A stretch of DNA of 61,155 nt, counting the filler, from Fonticula-like sp. SCN 57-25 (taxonomy: Eukaryota), in assembly GCA_001724245.1 (NCBI GenBank). It is 4 parts of 4 records of this genome, joined end to end, with 100 filler letters (N's around TTAATTAATTAA, not from the genome) between each part and the next. Parts side by side here need not be neighbours in the genome. Positions count along the whole stretch, not along the records: positions 1 to 15,788 come from MEDX01000150.1; 3 more parts are not named here. One strand, given 5' to 3'. Numbering within the stretch: the first letter of the stretch is position 1; the number at the start of each line of letters is the position of its first letter. This document shows positions 1-12,232 of this stretch, one piece after another. The notes under the pieces were generated by a model. The model ran no database searches. It was not told where the DNA came from and worked only from the letters and a program-made list of their open reading frames with translations. A program made the translations under genes and the position numbers.

Positions 1-350
1 TATGCAGAGGAGAATAACTACAACATTATCAAGGTGTCGCACGCCGACCAGCTCGCGTACGGCTGCAACGCCCTCAACCTCGGAAACGTGCGCTCTTTAA
101 TTTGTGTGCATATTTTGCTTACGCTCGTCTGCAGAGCACCATCATTTCTGTGCACGCAGGCGTTGCGCGTCAGATCGCGCGCTCGCCCCACTTTAGAGGC
201 ACGGTGCAGTACATGGAGTTTAGCGGCATTACGTCAATGTACGGCGCCGTGCACTGCGCGTCGCAGGTCATCTGCAGAACGCCGGGCGAAAAGAAGCGCC
301 AGGACGATTCGGGCATGTCGGCCATCACCGAGCGCACCAGGCGGCTGTAA
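1..350 (+). CDS. Arginine deiminase, C-terminal part (5'-truncated; intron 88-134)
   Basis: Spliced translation ...YGCNALNLGN|STIISVH...ITSMYGAVHCASQV matches the eukaryotic ADI C-terminal motif YGxxHCASQV, which carries the catalytic Cys. Confidence 0.85.
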
Positions 351-654
351 ACCATGTTCCTTTCTTTCTTGCTTTTGACTGTTTTCCCGTCGAGTTTTTG
401 TGAATCATAAATAAAGACCATTGATGAAGAATTGTATGACATTAACAAATCGTTTCGAATGAAAAAGAAGGCCAGAGCAACCAGAGAAAGCAGAGAGCAA
501 ACTAGTGACCACAGTGCGTAGCCAATATCCACAAGGGAAGAGCGTTTGAGAAGAAGAGCATGAAAGAAAATGAATAAAGCAAGAGGATAAGCAAATAATA
601 TGGAGGTTGCCCGCGTGTCTGCAGGCGAGCAACCGTCGAAATGGCGGTACCCTT

Positions 655-2221
655 CTACGCTGTCTGCTTCTGCTGCGCCTGGAACTGCGAGTTTTGCCTG
701 ATGGCGCGGCGCACGTTGCGGTCGACCTGCGAGATCTGGACCATTTCTCCAGTTTCAACGTCGCGGACCATGCGGAGCGCCTGCGGGCCGACGGCGGCGC
801 CGACGCCGCTGTTGCTGCGGCTGTGCGTGCGCACGCTCCCGGTGCCGACGCTGTCCACCTCCATGGCGTCTCCCAGCGGCGACACGGACGGGTTTGGTGA
901 CGTGCCGATGAGCCCGTCCACGTGAGACTGGTGCGCCATGAGGCGGTCGCGGCGCTCGAGCAGCAGGTGGTAGAAGCTGCACATGATGTTGTTGTCGTTC
1001 AAGAGGAGCGCAGCGCGCGCCTCCTCGGCCTCAAAGCCGTACGTGAGCAGCTGCTGGAAGATCTCGCCATCAATGACGACTATCGGCAGGCGCTCGTTCA
1101 TGAAGGACGGCGGCGGGCTGCCGTACTCTTCGCAGATCCACGGGTGCGCGCGGATCTCCTCCATCGACAGACGGTCCTTGGGGGTCGTCCGCAGAATCCG
1201 CTTGATGAGGTCCTTGGCGGCTGTCGGGCAACGTCAGCAACACGCGCGCAAAAAGAAACAAAGGCGGGCGTACAGGGAGAGATAAAGTCGGGGAATTCGT
1301 ACTCGCACGCGATAATCTTATCGTACAGGATCTTCATGTCGGGGTGCTTGAACGGCTGGCGGCCGCAAATCATGACAAAGAGGAGAATACCCAGACTCCA
1401 GATGTCCACCTCGGGACCAGAGTACTTGATGCCGCGCAACAGCTCGGGCGCGGCGTAGTGCGGCGAGCCGATGAACGAGTCGAGCGGGACGTCCGGCTTG
1501 AAATCGCGGCTGAATCCAAAATCAATAATTTTAATGTCGCCGTTGGCGTCGAGAAGAATGTTCTCCGGCTTGATGTCGCGGTGGATCAGCGAGTGCTGGT
1601 GGCAATAGTCCACCGCCGACACGATCTGGCGGAATAGCCGGCGGGACTCGCGCTCAGTGAGGCGGTGCTTCTCGGCGTTGCGGATGTACTGAAGCAGCTC
1701 ACCGCCGCTCGCATGCTCCATGATGAGCACATAGTGATCAGCATCCTCAATGATCTCGTAAAGCGCAGCTGCAAAACCGGTTTAGAACAACTTTACTTTG
1801 CAAAGGGCAGCGCACCGATGTAAGGGTGCGACAAGAGCTTCATGAAACGGATCTCGCGCTGAAGGTGAATGCGGCGCTTTCCTTTTGACAAGTTGCCCTT
1901 GCTGATGATCTTGAGGGCGACCTTGTCGTTGGTAATGAGGTGGCGACCAAGCTTGACCTCGGCAAACGATCCCTTGCCGAGCACGCTCTCTACAACGTAC
2001 GGGCCAATAAGCTCGGCTCCGGGCGGCGCCGTAACGCCGGGCGGAAGACTCGTCAGCGACGATGTGCTGTTGCGCTTCTGCAGATTAAAGTGGGCATCGC
2101 CGGGCGTAACCACCTCGAGGAACTGGCCATGCTGGGGCGGCGGGGCGCTCTGCGACGCCGGGGGGGTCGTCTGCGGGCGGCTAGACGCGCCAGCGCTATG
2201 CCGAGAGTGCTCGTTTCCCAT
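655..2221 (-). CDS. AMPK-related (MARK/KIN1-like) Ser/Thr kinase with UBA-like domain; 2 introns
   Basis: GKGSFAEV, VALK, HRDIKPEN, DFG and GSPHYAAPE motifs; UBA-like segment after the kinase domain; MGNEHS possible N-myristoylation. Confidence 0.92.
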
Positions 2222-2659
2222 ATCTCAAATTCACTGGCAAAATAGATCGCGGTGAGTCTGCAATCACTCCCGCGCGAGCTCGAGCGACACGCACACTCGC
2301 TCGTTTCTGGCCCCCTTGAAAGTGACCAACAAGAAAGGAAGAAATGAGTCCGACGGCAAAAGGCGCTCCTTTAATCAAGCCTGCGTACGCGGTACCTGGC
2401 AAGCATACAAAGTGAGCAAAGACACCGTCAATAGCTCGGTCAACAAAGGCGCACTAGGGTTGATCGCCGTGTGACGCCGCTCCTACCACGCACACAAACA
2501 AGAAAGCGAGCCGAGAAGCGTGGATTATTCGGCTCTCGTGATCCATTTTCGGATGCAATCGCTCCTTTTAAGGAAATTATTTCCCCAATTTAGGCAGTTT
2601 TTACGTCACTGCGAGCTGCAATTTGCATCTCAGTTTGCAGTGGCGGTAGAGTGGCCGCA

Positions 2660-5135
2660 ATGGAGGGGCTGGTAAACGGGCTCCGGGGGCTCAACATGGC
2701 CGAGTCGCCGCTTGCAGTGGAGGACGAGACGCCCGTGGCTTGGTCCCACGCGGTGCTTCCGTCCACAAAGTTCCTCGCCGAGTCCATCGGACTGCCGATC
2801 GGCTTCCTGTGCAGGCCGATGGCCCAGATGCCGGGTGGATCGCCGCTGCTGCGGCGGCCCCTCGCGCGGTGCAGCCGCTGCGATGCTGTCGTTTCGCCGC
2901 TGGACAACTTAACTCTTGGCGCCGGGACGTGGAACTGTGCGATCTGCGGCCAGGGCAACAAGGAAGCGGCCCTCTTTAGCGACTCGGACGCGTCGCTCTA
3001 CCCCGAGCTGCAGTTCTCGGCGGTCGAGCAGGTGTTGGACGTGACGGGCGATGAGCTTGCCGAGGTCGGCGGCGCAGCGCTTCCTGTGTGGCAGCGCCAG
3101 CAACCGTGCATCGTCATTGTTCTAGACGAGTACATGAACCCGGCCGACGCGACGACGCTGCGCACCACAATTCTTCCCATCCTCGAAGCGCTCCCTCCTA
3201 GCGTGCAGATTGCCCTCGTCTCCTACTCGGCCGCCGTGTCCGTCTACGAGTTGAGCGCATTCGCCAGCGCCGGACCTACGGCGCATGTGATCCCCGGTCG
3301 CATTGCGCTGAGCGAGCGGCATCGCGAGTTCATCTCTGAAAAGATCTCGTCTTTGATTACCGTTCGCGAGTATGGTCGCGACGCGATCGCCGACGTCCTC
3401 GCCACATTTTCGCGGTGCAAGCCGCCGGCCGGCGCCGCCGCCGCGTCCCGTCGGAGAACACTCCCCTCTGCGCTTGGCGTTGCGCTGCAGGTCGGCCTGG
3501 CCATCCTGGAGGGCGCGTCGAGCGGTGCGACTGCGCACCCCGACTCGCGCATCCTCTGCCTCTGCTCGTCGGCGCCCACCGTCGGCCCGGGGTGTATCAC
3601 ACGGACGCAGTATGGCCAAGTCAACGACGCCGACAACGCCGACGCCGCAAAGTTTTACAAGGACATGTCCAAGCAGGCGGCCAAGGCAGGCGCTGCCTTT
3701 GACCTCTTTTGCGTCGGCTACGCCAACTACGGTCTCAATATCCTCCAGCATCTCATCGGCACGGCGAGCGGCCGCATCAGCACATACCAAAACTGCGACG
3801 TCGAGCTGGCCGCCGACATTGCCCGCGTCATCGCTACCCGTACGCAATGGAAATTTTTAAATGCGCGAAACTAATGGAGGATGCAGCGGTCGGTCGGCAG
3901 TGCCAAATTACCGTGCGGTGCAGCGACCCCGTGTCGGTCACCCGCATCGTCGGCATGTCGACGCAGCTTGACGAGCGTACGATTGACATTATATTGGCTA
4001 GAAAGGCCCATCTGACTTCATTACCCTTAGGCAACTCGCACCGAAAGTGCAGCTTTGGCCCCTTTACGTCGTCGCGCGTCGAGGTCTCTGACACAGTGGC
4101 AGTCTACCTCGAGCTGCTCGGCGACTGCGCCGGCCCCGTTCGCCTCCAATTAGAAATGTGCTTTGTGTCGCCGCGCCTGGAGCGCGTGACGCGCGTCTTT
4201 ACTGTGCAGCTCTCGGTGCTTCCGAGCACTCGCAAGAGCGAGCTTGTGGAGGGCGTGCGGACGGACGTCATGTCGGTGCTCGCCGCGCGCCTCACCACGC
4301 TGGACGCGATGCAGCGCGGCGCAACAGACGCGGCCGCTTCCCTCGACGACAGGCTCGCGCGAATGATCCGCGTATGCGGCGACCCGGCAAGCAAGGACAT
4401 TACCTTTGGGCTTCCGCGCAACCTGCAGGCATTCATGCGAAGGTATGGCCATCATTTTTGGTATTTTGTGTGCTTATCCAATGCTGTAGCATGTATGACT
4501 TTGGCCGCGGGCCGCTCATGGCGCTCATCCTGCAGCACCCCGACGACATTCTGTGCCGCCGCCTGCAGTTTATCCGCATGCCGCTGGTGGCGAGCGTCAT
4601 CGTCATTGCGCCGTGTCTCTACGACGTCAACTTTTCTGGGCCAGAGGGGCCCTCGCTCGAGCGCGTGCGTGCCTCCTAGTATATGTTTTAACATACCTAA
4701 CATAAAAGCAGCTGCCGCTGGTGGACTTGGCCATGTCGCCCTCGCGCGTCCTCCTGCTGGACGAGTACTCGTGCATCTTTCTCTGGATCGGGCAGCAGGC
4801 GAGCGCGTCTGACGAGCAAATCGCTGCCTTTACCGCAAGTCTGCGCGCCGTTGCGGCCGCGCGCGTCCCCAGCGCCCAATTCATGTCATTCTCTGTACGC
4901 GTTGCCTATCTCTTTTTGTGTCACCAACACTCTGCAGCAAAACCACTCGATGAGTAGGTTCCTAGCGTGCCGTCTCTCGCCACTTCACAAGAATGCCCCC
5001 GCAGTGCAGCGCGCCGAGTTCCCTGCGCTCGCGCAGTTCACTGACCAGCAACTGCTGCAGGCGTCTTCAAAGTTTAGCGCGACGGACGAGCCGTCTTACT
5101 ATGACTATACGCTCCGCGTCTCGCGCGGGCGCTAG
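2660..5135 (+). CDS. Divergent Sec23-like COPII protein, multi-exon
   Basis: CxxC...WxCxxC zinc finger, vWA trunk, beta-sandwich, helical and gelsolin-like (LLLDEYSCIFLWIG) segments across spliced ORFs. Confidence 0.8.
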
Positions 5136-5263
5136 ATTCAATCATAATCATGTGTACTATTATAATGAATGCTGTTTAGTTACAATCATTCGGTTCATAA
5201 ACACGCTGCCGTTGGTCCACTTTAGCACGACATTCATTTATTCTATACTGTTTCACAAAAGAT

Positions 5264-6706
5264 CTAAGCGCCATACTTGATGCAAATGGTCTTTGCCTCG
5301 GTGAAGAACTCTGCAGAGTCGAATCCTCCCTCGCGGCCGACGCCCGACTGCTTCATGCCGCCAAACGGCATGCGGAGGTCGCGCAGCATCCAGCAGTTGC
5401 ACCACACGGTTCCCGCCTGGATCTCGCGCGCGACGCGGTGGAGCCGCCCGGCATTCTCCGACCATACCGACGCCGCCAGGCCGTACGTGACGTCGTTGGC
5501 GAGCGTGATGGCCTCCTCCTCCGTGTCAAACACGACGACGGTGACGACGGGGCCAAAAATCTCCTCCTGGCACACGCTGCTGCTGTGCGGCAGCCCGCTG
5601 ATGACGGTCGGCAGGTAGTAGTAGCCGCCGGCGAGGCGACCCTGGAAGGTCGGGCGCTTGCCGCCGCACTCGATGATGCCGCCCTGCTTGCGAGCGGCGG
5701 CCACGTACCGCTCGATCTTGAGGAGGTGGCCCTCGCAGATGAGCGCCCCGACCTTGGTGTTAGGGTCGCTCGGGTCGCCGACGCGCAGCGCGCGGACGCC
5801 CTCAATGTAGCGCTTCATAAACTCTTCAAAGATGCCGCGCTGGACGAGCAGCCGCGACGTGCACAGGCAGATCTCGCCCTGATTCTGGAACGACGAGCGG
5901 ACAACCGTGGGAACGCACTGCGCGAGGTCGGCGTCGTCAAAGATGATTCCGGCGTTCTTGCCGCCGAGCTCGAGCGAGAGCTTCTTGTAGAAAGGCGCGC
6001 TGGCCTTGATGATGTGCTGCGCAGTCACCGTGCCGCCGGTGAACGAGATGAGCGGCACATCGGGGTGGCTCACGAGAGCATTGCCCGTGCGCGGGCCCGT
6101 GCCAAAGACCATGTTCACAACGCCGGCGGGGAGGCCAGCCGACTGGAAGATGCTGCAAAGGCGGTGGGCGGTCAACGAAGAGAGCTCGCTCGGTTTGCAC
6201 ACGGCGGTGTTGCCAAAGGCAAGGCAGGGGGCGATCTTCCATGTCAAAAGGTAGAGCGGGAGGTTCCACGGAGAAATGAGGCCGGCAACGCCGACGGGCA
6301 TGCGCTGCACGTAGTTCACGGCATTGGCCTGCTCCATGTGCGTCGCATGCTCAACGGGGTTCATGATAACATCGGCAAAGAACCGAAAGTTGGACACACA
6401 GCGGGGGATCTCAATTTCGCGCGCAAGCCACACGGGCTTGCCCTGATCCTGAGACTCGAGCTTGGCAAACTCCTCAAGGTCCTTCTCGAGAAGGTCCGCG
6501 ATGCGGCGAAGCATGCGCGCGCGCTCCTCGCGAGGCGTCCGCGACCACGCAGGGAAGGCGGCGCGGGCGGCCTTCACAGCGGCATCAACCTCGGCGGGGG
6601 TGCTGTCGGGCAGCTGGGCGTTCACCGTTCCATCCGCGGGGCACACGCTATCGATGTGCTCGCTGCTCGGCACAAACTTGTTGTTGATGAAATTTTGCAC
6701 CTTCAT
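5264..6706 (-). CDS. ALDH8A1: Aldehyde dehydrogenase, ALDH8A1 / 2-aminomuconic semialdehyde dehydrogenase type; intronless
   Basis: ISPWNLPLYLLTWKIAP, LELGGKN, NQGEICLC, EEIFGPV and CWMLRDLRMPFGGMKQSG motifs. Confidence 0.92.
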   Translation of the reverse strand: MKVQNFINNKFVPSSEHIDSVCPADGTVNAQLPDSTPAEVDAAVKAARAAFPAWSRTPREERARMLRRIADLLEKDLEEFAKLESQDQGKPVWLAREIEIPRCVSNFRFFADVIMNPVEHATHMEQANAVNYVQRMPVGVAGLISPWNLPLYLLTWKIAPCLAFGNTAVCKPSELSSLTAHRLCSIFQSAGLPAGVVNMVFGTGPRTGNALVSHPDVPLISFTGGTVTAQHIIKASAPFYKKLSLELGGKNAGIIFDDADLAQCVPTVVRSSFQNQGEICLCTSRLLVQRGIFEEFMKRYIEGVRALRVGDPSDPNTKVGALICEGHLLKIERYVAAARKQGGIIECGGKRPTFQGRLAGGYYYLPTVISGLPHSSSVCQEEIFGPVVTVVVFDTEEEAITLANDVTYGLAASVWSENAGRLHRVAREIQAGTVWCNCWMLRDLRMPFGGMKQSGVGREGGFDSAEFFTEAKTICIKYGA

Positions 6707-6852
6707 CGTGACAGACGGAGCGGAGCAGAGTCGATGTCGGCAGGCAGACTCTGAAATCGGATGTGATTATGATAGTCGCATATGATTTTTAGTTGTCACA
6801 TGCGATTCTGGTGTTTTTTGTTTCGCTTTTGCGTGAGCTAGCGGCCGGCGCC

Positions 6853-9326
6853 ATGGAGACCCTCATCGCGACCATCAACAAGCTGCAGGATGTGTTCCAC
6901 TCCATCAACCTGCCCAACTCCATTGACCTTCCGCAGATTGTCGTCATTGGATCGTGCGTCATTCTTCATATGAACTCACTGGGCCTTTCCGTTGCTGACC
7001 GGCGCCCCTTACAGTCAGAGCTCGGGCAAGAGTTCGGTCCTGGAGAACATTGTAGGCCGCGATTTCCTGCCGCGCGGTACTGGTATCGTCACCCGCCGCC
7101 CGCTCGTCCTCCAGCTTGTCAACACACAGCGCAAGGAGAGCGGCGCCAAGCAGGAGACGGAGGAGTACGGCGAGTTCCTCCACCTGCCTGGTCAGGTCTT
7201 CCATGACTTCAAAGCCATCCGCGATGAGATCGTGCGCGACACGGACGCCAAGACGGGCACCAACAAGGGTGCGCATATTATATAGCTTTCTTTTCAAAGC
7301 TGACCGTTCCAAAGGTGTTTCGCCGCTGCCGATCAACTTGAAGGTCTTTTCGCCCCATGTGCTCAACCTGACGCTCGTTGACTTGCCCGGCATGACAAAG
7401 GTGCCTGTCGGCGGTCAGCCCGCGGATATTGAAGTGCAGATCCGCAAGATGTGCTTGCAGTACGTCTCGAAGAAGAACGCCATCATTCTCGCCGTCACCG
7501 CCGCCAACACCGACTTGGCCAACTCTGACGCGCTCAACCTCGCCAAGCAGGTCGATCCCACCGGTACTGCCGATTTTGATGAACGCTGTGGTTTCTAACT
7601 CGCTTCTGAATAGGCGAGCGCACTATTGGTGTGCTTACCAAGATTGACATTATGGACGAAGGCACGCACGTGCTCGACATTCTTGCCGGCCGCGTCATCC
7701 CTCTCCGCCTCGGCTACGTGCCGGTCGTCAACCGCGGCCAAAAGGACATTGACGCCAACAAGGTCATCCGCGACGCGCTCGAGTACGAGAAGAACTTTTT
7801 CGAGAACCACCCCGCGTACGCCACCAAGGCGCAGTACTGCGGCACGCCGTTCCTCGCGCGCAAGCTCAACATGATCCTCATGCACCACATTCGCGAGGTT
7901 CTCCCCGAGCTCAAGATCAAGATCTCGCAGCTGCTCGCAAAGTACCGCCTCGAGCTTTCCGAGCTCGGCGACAACATGGCCGAGAACGAGGCCAGCTGGA
8001 ACAACCTGCTCCTCACGACAATCACCGAGTTCTCCTCAGAGTACCGCACCATCCTCGACGGCTACTCGGAGAACCTCAGCAGCCAGGAGCTCGCCGGAGG
8101 CGCCCGCATCAGTTTTGTCTTTCACGAAATCTTTGCCAACGGTATCAGGGACGTCGACCCCTTTGACCAGATCCAGGACGCCGACATTCGCACCATTTTG
8201 TATAATTCATCCGTACGAAAAAAACGCTAGAATTGTTTTGGCGGCGTTTCTCATGATTTTTCTGCTTTAGGGTTCATCGCCGTCGCTCTTTGTGAGCCCG
8301 CAGTCGTTCGAGGTCCTGATCCGGCAGCAGATCCGCCGCCTCGAGGAGCCGTCGGCGCAATGCGTCATCCTCGTCTTTGACGAACTCATGCGCATCCTCA
8401 CGCAGCTCGAGCAGCGCAAGGTGTTTAAGCGCTTCCCGATCCTCAAGGAGCGCCTGCACGCCGCCGTTGTTGCGTTCCTCCGCAAGCTCCTCGACCCGAC
8501 AAACAAGCTCGTCGGCGACGTACTAAAGTGCGACACTTATTCTTGCGCTACAAATGCTGACTCGCCGTGCGTAGGGCCGAGAGCAATTACATCAATACGG
8601 CGCACCCCGACTTTTTGACCGGTCACCGCGCCATTTCGATGGTGAACGAGCGCCTCTTTGGCAACAGTGCGTCATTTTTTCGCGCCTTTTTCGCCGCCGC
8701 TAACGAATTTTTAAGTGAGCGCGCCTCCGACGCCGCAGCCGCCGCAGACGAAGTCGGGCATGCCTCTGCCGATGGCTCAGGCGCAGCCCGGCGGTGCCCC
8801 CGCGCCCGCTATGGTCGCCGCGGTGCCGAGCTCAGCCGGCCTCTACGTGCCCGCGTCCGCTGCCGACAACTCGGGCTTCTTCAATTCGTTCTTTGGGAGC
8901 GGCAAGGCGCGCCCGAAGCCCGTCAGCGCCCCTAACCCGAACGGGCCCGTCAAGCTCGAGCAGCCGCCGGCCGCACTCCGCGCCACCGGAAACCTCTCCG
9001 AGCGCGAGGTTATGGAGATTGAGGTTATCAGTGCGTCGCCCGTTTCAAACCCACTTTTTTGCTGACCTTTCATTGCAGAGCTTCTTCTCGAGTCGTACTT
9101 TTCGATCGTCAAGCGCACCGTTTCCGACATGGTGCCCAAGGCCATCATGCTTCACCTTGTCAACTACTCCAAGGAGAACCTGCAGCGCGAGCTGCTCAAC
9201 GAGCTGTACAAGGCCAAGTGGGACGACGCCCTCAAGGAGTCGGACCACGTCACGGCAAAGCGCGCAGAGTGCAAGCGCATGATCGAGGTCCTCGCCAGCG
9301 CCGAGACTGCCGTCTCTGCCGTGTGA
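6853..9326 (+). CDS. VPS1: Dynamin-related GTPase Vps1, multi-exon
   Basis: [40 protein letters not shown] and [15 protein letters not shown] are typical of fungal Vps1; C-terminal GED; no PH domain seen. Confidence 0.93.
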
Positions 9327-9481
9327 GAGCATCCGCTAGAGGCTAGTGCGTAGAAGCCAAAAAATGAATCGTTTATCAATAAATCTATTGTCGTGTTTTT
9401 CGCCTTACATTCGCAATCAGAGAGTATTCTATATTGACCACATCAAAACCCAGCGTATGTACAGTGAATCGGCCTTTTCAA

Positions 9482-10841
9482 CTACAAAACGACCGTTGAG
9501 CCGGTCGGGCGATCGCTCGCGTCCGTCTGCTCCACCCGCCACGCCACCAGCTTGTGGTCGTACCCGGCCGAGAATAGCGTCGACGAAGCGGCGTCAAAGA
9601 AGAGGTCGCGGAGAACATTCTCGTGGACACGGAGCACCTGCACGATAGAGCGGCTCTTGATGTTCACCACGGCAATGTGACGCTCCTGGATAAACGTCAA
9701 TTAGAAGCAACCTAAAAGTGCATTTGTGCGTACCAGAGTCGAGGCGAAAATGAACTCGCCCGACGAGTGCCAGCAGTGCCGCGCCTGGCTGTACCCCGAC
9801 GTCTCCAGGCCGTAAATGTTTGCGACCTGCTCGTTCGAGCGCGCGCGCGTCACAATAATGCGCCCGCGGTCAGTGTACGCCGACACGTACTTGCTGCTCG
9901 GGTGGCTGGCCACTGCCGACGCCCGTTAGCGACCATTGACATTTGATCATTGTCGTACCGTCGAGAATGGTAAAGCTGACGAAATCGTCGCCGTTGGCGT
10001 TCATGTTGTACTTTGCTACGGTCCTTGACGGAAGCTCGACGTAGTGCAAGAAGCAGTCGTCACGGCTGGCGATGACGACCGCCGACGCGTCCGCCAAAAA
10101 GGCAATCCCCTCGACGGTGCCCTTCATCTGGTACCGCTCGACCAAGTCGTACGGCGCGTCGGGCCCGTAGAGGCAAGCTGTGTGGTCGTACGACGCCGTC
10201 GCAAAGAAGCGGCCGTCGGGGCTCCACTTTGCGCGCACGACAAACTTGCGGTGGTCCTTGTAGACGCGCACCAGCTCCTCGTCGCTGCCGAGGGCGTCGA
10301 CGTTGAGCAGCGCGTGTGAGCCGTCCATCGACGCGCTCAGCACAAGCGAGGGGCGCTGCGGATGAACGCTCACGCTCAGAACGCCCGCCTTGTGATGAAG
10401 AACAGTGCCAACGCGCTCGCCGGTGCGAGCGTCCGTAAAGGCAACGCACTTGTCGGCGCCGCCCGACACGAGGAGAGGGCCGCCAGAGGGCGACCGCGAG
10501 GGGCGATGAGGAGTCAGCGAAATGGACAGCATGTTGCCGGAATGAATGTTTTCGTGAACGCGCTCCACTTGGACATCGAGACGGCTGGGCGCGCCGCTCA
10601 GCATCTGCTCGTCATCGGCGCGGCGGCGGCGCTCATCTTGAAGCGTCGCACGCGCAAGGCGGCTCGAAACATCGTCATCGACGGCCACAAGGCGGGCAAG
10701 CTCGCCCGACGGAAGCTCTCCGGGCTCGTACGACACGTCGGTCTCGCGCTTGAGAGACTCTAGCGTAGCCTCGTAGCCGCACTCGTACAGGTACTGCGCG
10801 ACCAGCTTGAGCGTCCGGCTCTCGGCCTCCATCGCGTCCAT
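9482..10841 (-). CDS. LisH + WD40 repeat protein; 2 introns
   Basis: LVAQYLYECGYEATLESLKRE LisH motif followed by WD repeats (SGGADK, SASMDG, TASYDH, SAGYDH). Confidence 0.85.
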
Positions 10842-10925
10842 GGCGATGTTGACTGACGACAATCGAAATGCGCAGTCACGATTAACAAAACGCGCAGTCA
10901 TCGTTTCGCACGCGTGTCAGCGACG

Positions 10926-12122
10926 ATGGGGAGCAAACAACGCAAGAAGCGCAAGGTCGCCGATGCCGTCTCAATGATGAACAACATCAAGTGCACGAAT
11001 GGAAAGCTTGCGCGGTTGAGCAGGGTTCTCAAGGAGCAGGCGGTTCAGCACTCAAAGGCCGTGGCGGCCAAGAAGCGTCAAAAGGCTATCGAGGACGGGA
11101 CGCACGCTCGCGCCAAGGAGCGCCGCGCTGCCGCCGCCGCCGCCGAGACAATGCCGTACAAGGAAGGTCAGTGGATCCTCACTGTCGGTGACGGAAACTT
11201 TTCTTTTTCTGCGTCTGTCGCTGCGTCAATGGGCGATGGCGAGCGCATCGTTGCGACCGCGTTCGACTCGGCGGACGATGCGCTCACCAAGTACAGCGAC
11301 TTGCCCGCGCACCTCAAGGCGCTCGAGCAGCTCGGGGCCACCGTCATGTTTGACGTGGATGCGACGCGCCTGAATGAGTACTTTGAGTCAGAGTCGAGAT
11401 CGGCGAAGCGCCGCCGCCGCAACAGGGAGAAGGCGGCCGGAATTGGGGGTGAGGAGGAGGACGACGAGGAGGAGGAGGAAGAGGAAGACGACGAGGAGGA
11501 AGAGGAAGACGAGGAAGAGGAGGAGGAGGACGAGGACGAAGAGGAGGAGGAAGAGGAAGAGGAGGAAGAGCCTGTAGATGATGAAGAGCAAGACGACGAA
11601 GAGCAAGAGGACGAAGATGCCGATGACGAAGAACAAGAGGAGGACGACTCTGACATGCAGGAGAACGAGTCTGACGAGAACGAGGAGGACGACGAGGCAG
11701 GAGACGACGCGTTTGGCGATGCCGACCGCGACATTGTCAAGGAGGGCGAAATTCGCTTTGACTATATCGTGTTTAACTTTCCGCACGTCGGTCTGGGAAT
11801 CAAGGACGTTGACCGCAACATTGCGGCCAACCAGGAGATGCTCGTTGGCTTCTTTGACCGCGCTGGCCGCCTTTTGTCGCGCCAGGGCGAAGTCCACGTC
11901 ACTATCAAGACGGGCGACCCCTACGACCGCTGGAAGATTGTCAAGCTCGCGCACAGGAGCGGCAAGCTCCGCTTCAAGACGACGAAGACGTTTGATCCGA
12001 ATGTTTATCCGGGATATTCGCATAGGAGAACTCTCGGTGCGGTCGATGGACTGTCCAAGTTGGGCAACGAGGAGCTCAAGGGGAAGGAGTGCAAGACGTA
12101 TATCTTTGGCCTCGCGCAATAG
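10926..12122 (+). CDS. BMT5: 25S rRNA uridine-N3 methyltransferase BMT5-like (DUF2431) with long acidic insertion
   Basis: ILTVGDGNFSFS, VDAT, FDYIVFNFPHVG, YPGYSHRRT. Confidence 0.88.
   Translation: MGSKQRKKRKVADAVSMMNNIKCTNGKLARLSRVLKEQAVQHSKAVAAKKRQKAIEDGTHARAKERRAAAAAAETMPYKEGQWILTVGDGNFSFSASVAASMGDGERIVATAFDSADDALTKYSDLPAHLKALEQLGATVMFDVDATRLNEYFESESRSAKRRRRNREKAAGIGGEEEDDEEEEEEEDDEEEEEDEEEEEEDEDEEEEEEEEEEEPVDDEEQDDEEQEDEDADDEEQEEDDSDMQENESDENEEDDEAGDDAFGDADRDIVKEGEIRFDYIVFNFPHVGLGIKDVDRNIAANQEMLVGFFDRAGRLLSRQGEVHVTIKTGDPYDRWKIVKLAHRSGKLRFKTTKTFDPNVYPGYSHRRTLGAVDGLSKLGNEELKGKECKTYIFGLAQ
11451..11700 (+). repeat. GAR/GAC low-complexity tract encoding a poly-Glu/Asp insertion
   Basis: Runs of gaggaggaa and gacgag triplets. 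Confidence 0.9.
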
Positions 12123-12232
12123 GTTCCTATCCCCTTTGTACATAATGCACTGTCACCAAATGATGCTATTGGTTTATTTTCCGCTTTCGTGTTTGTGATT
12201 GGTCCACACAAATTGTGCTTGTGTGTGCCAGG

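Noticed and set aside
5438-6754. Long antisense or alternative-frame ORFs over ALDH, RPT3, the 744-aa gene and the SAP-TM gene
   Set aside because: Expected shadow ORFs of GC3-rich coding sequence; no recognisable motifs
11168-11740. Poly-Ser ORFs (also 16388-16610)
   Set aside because: Reverse complements of acidic tracts in BMT5 and ESF2
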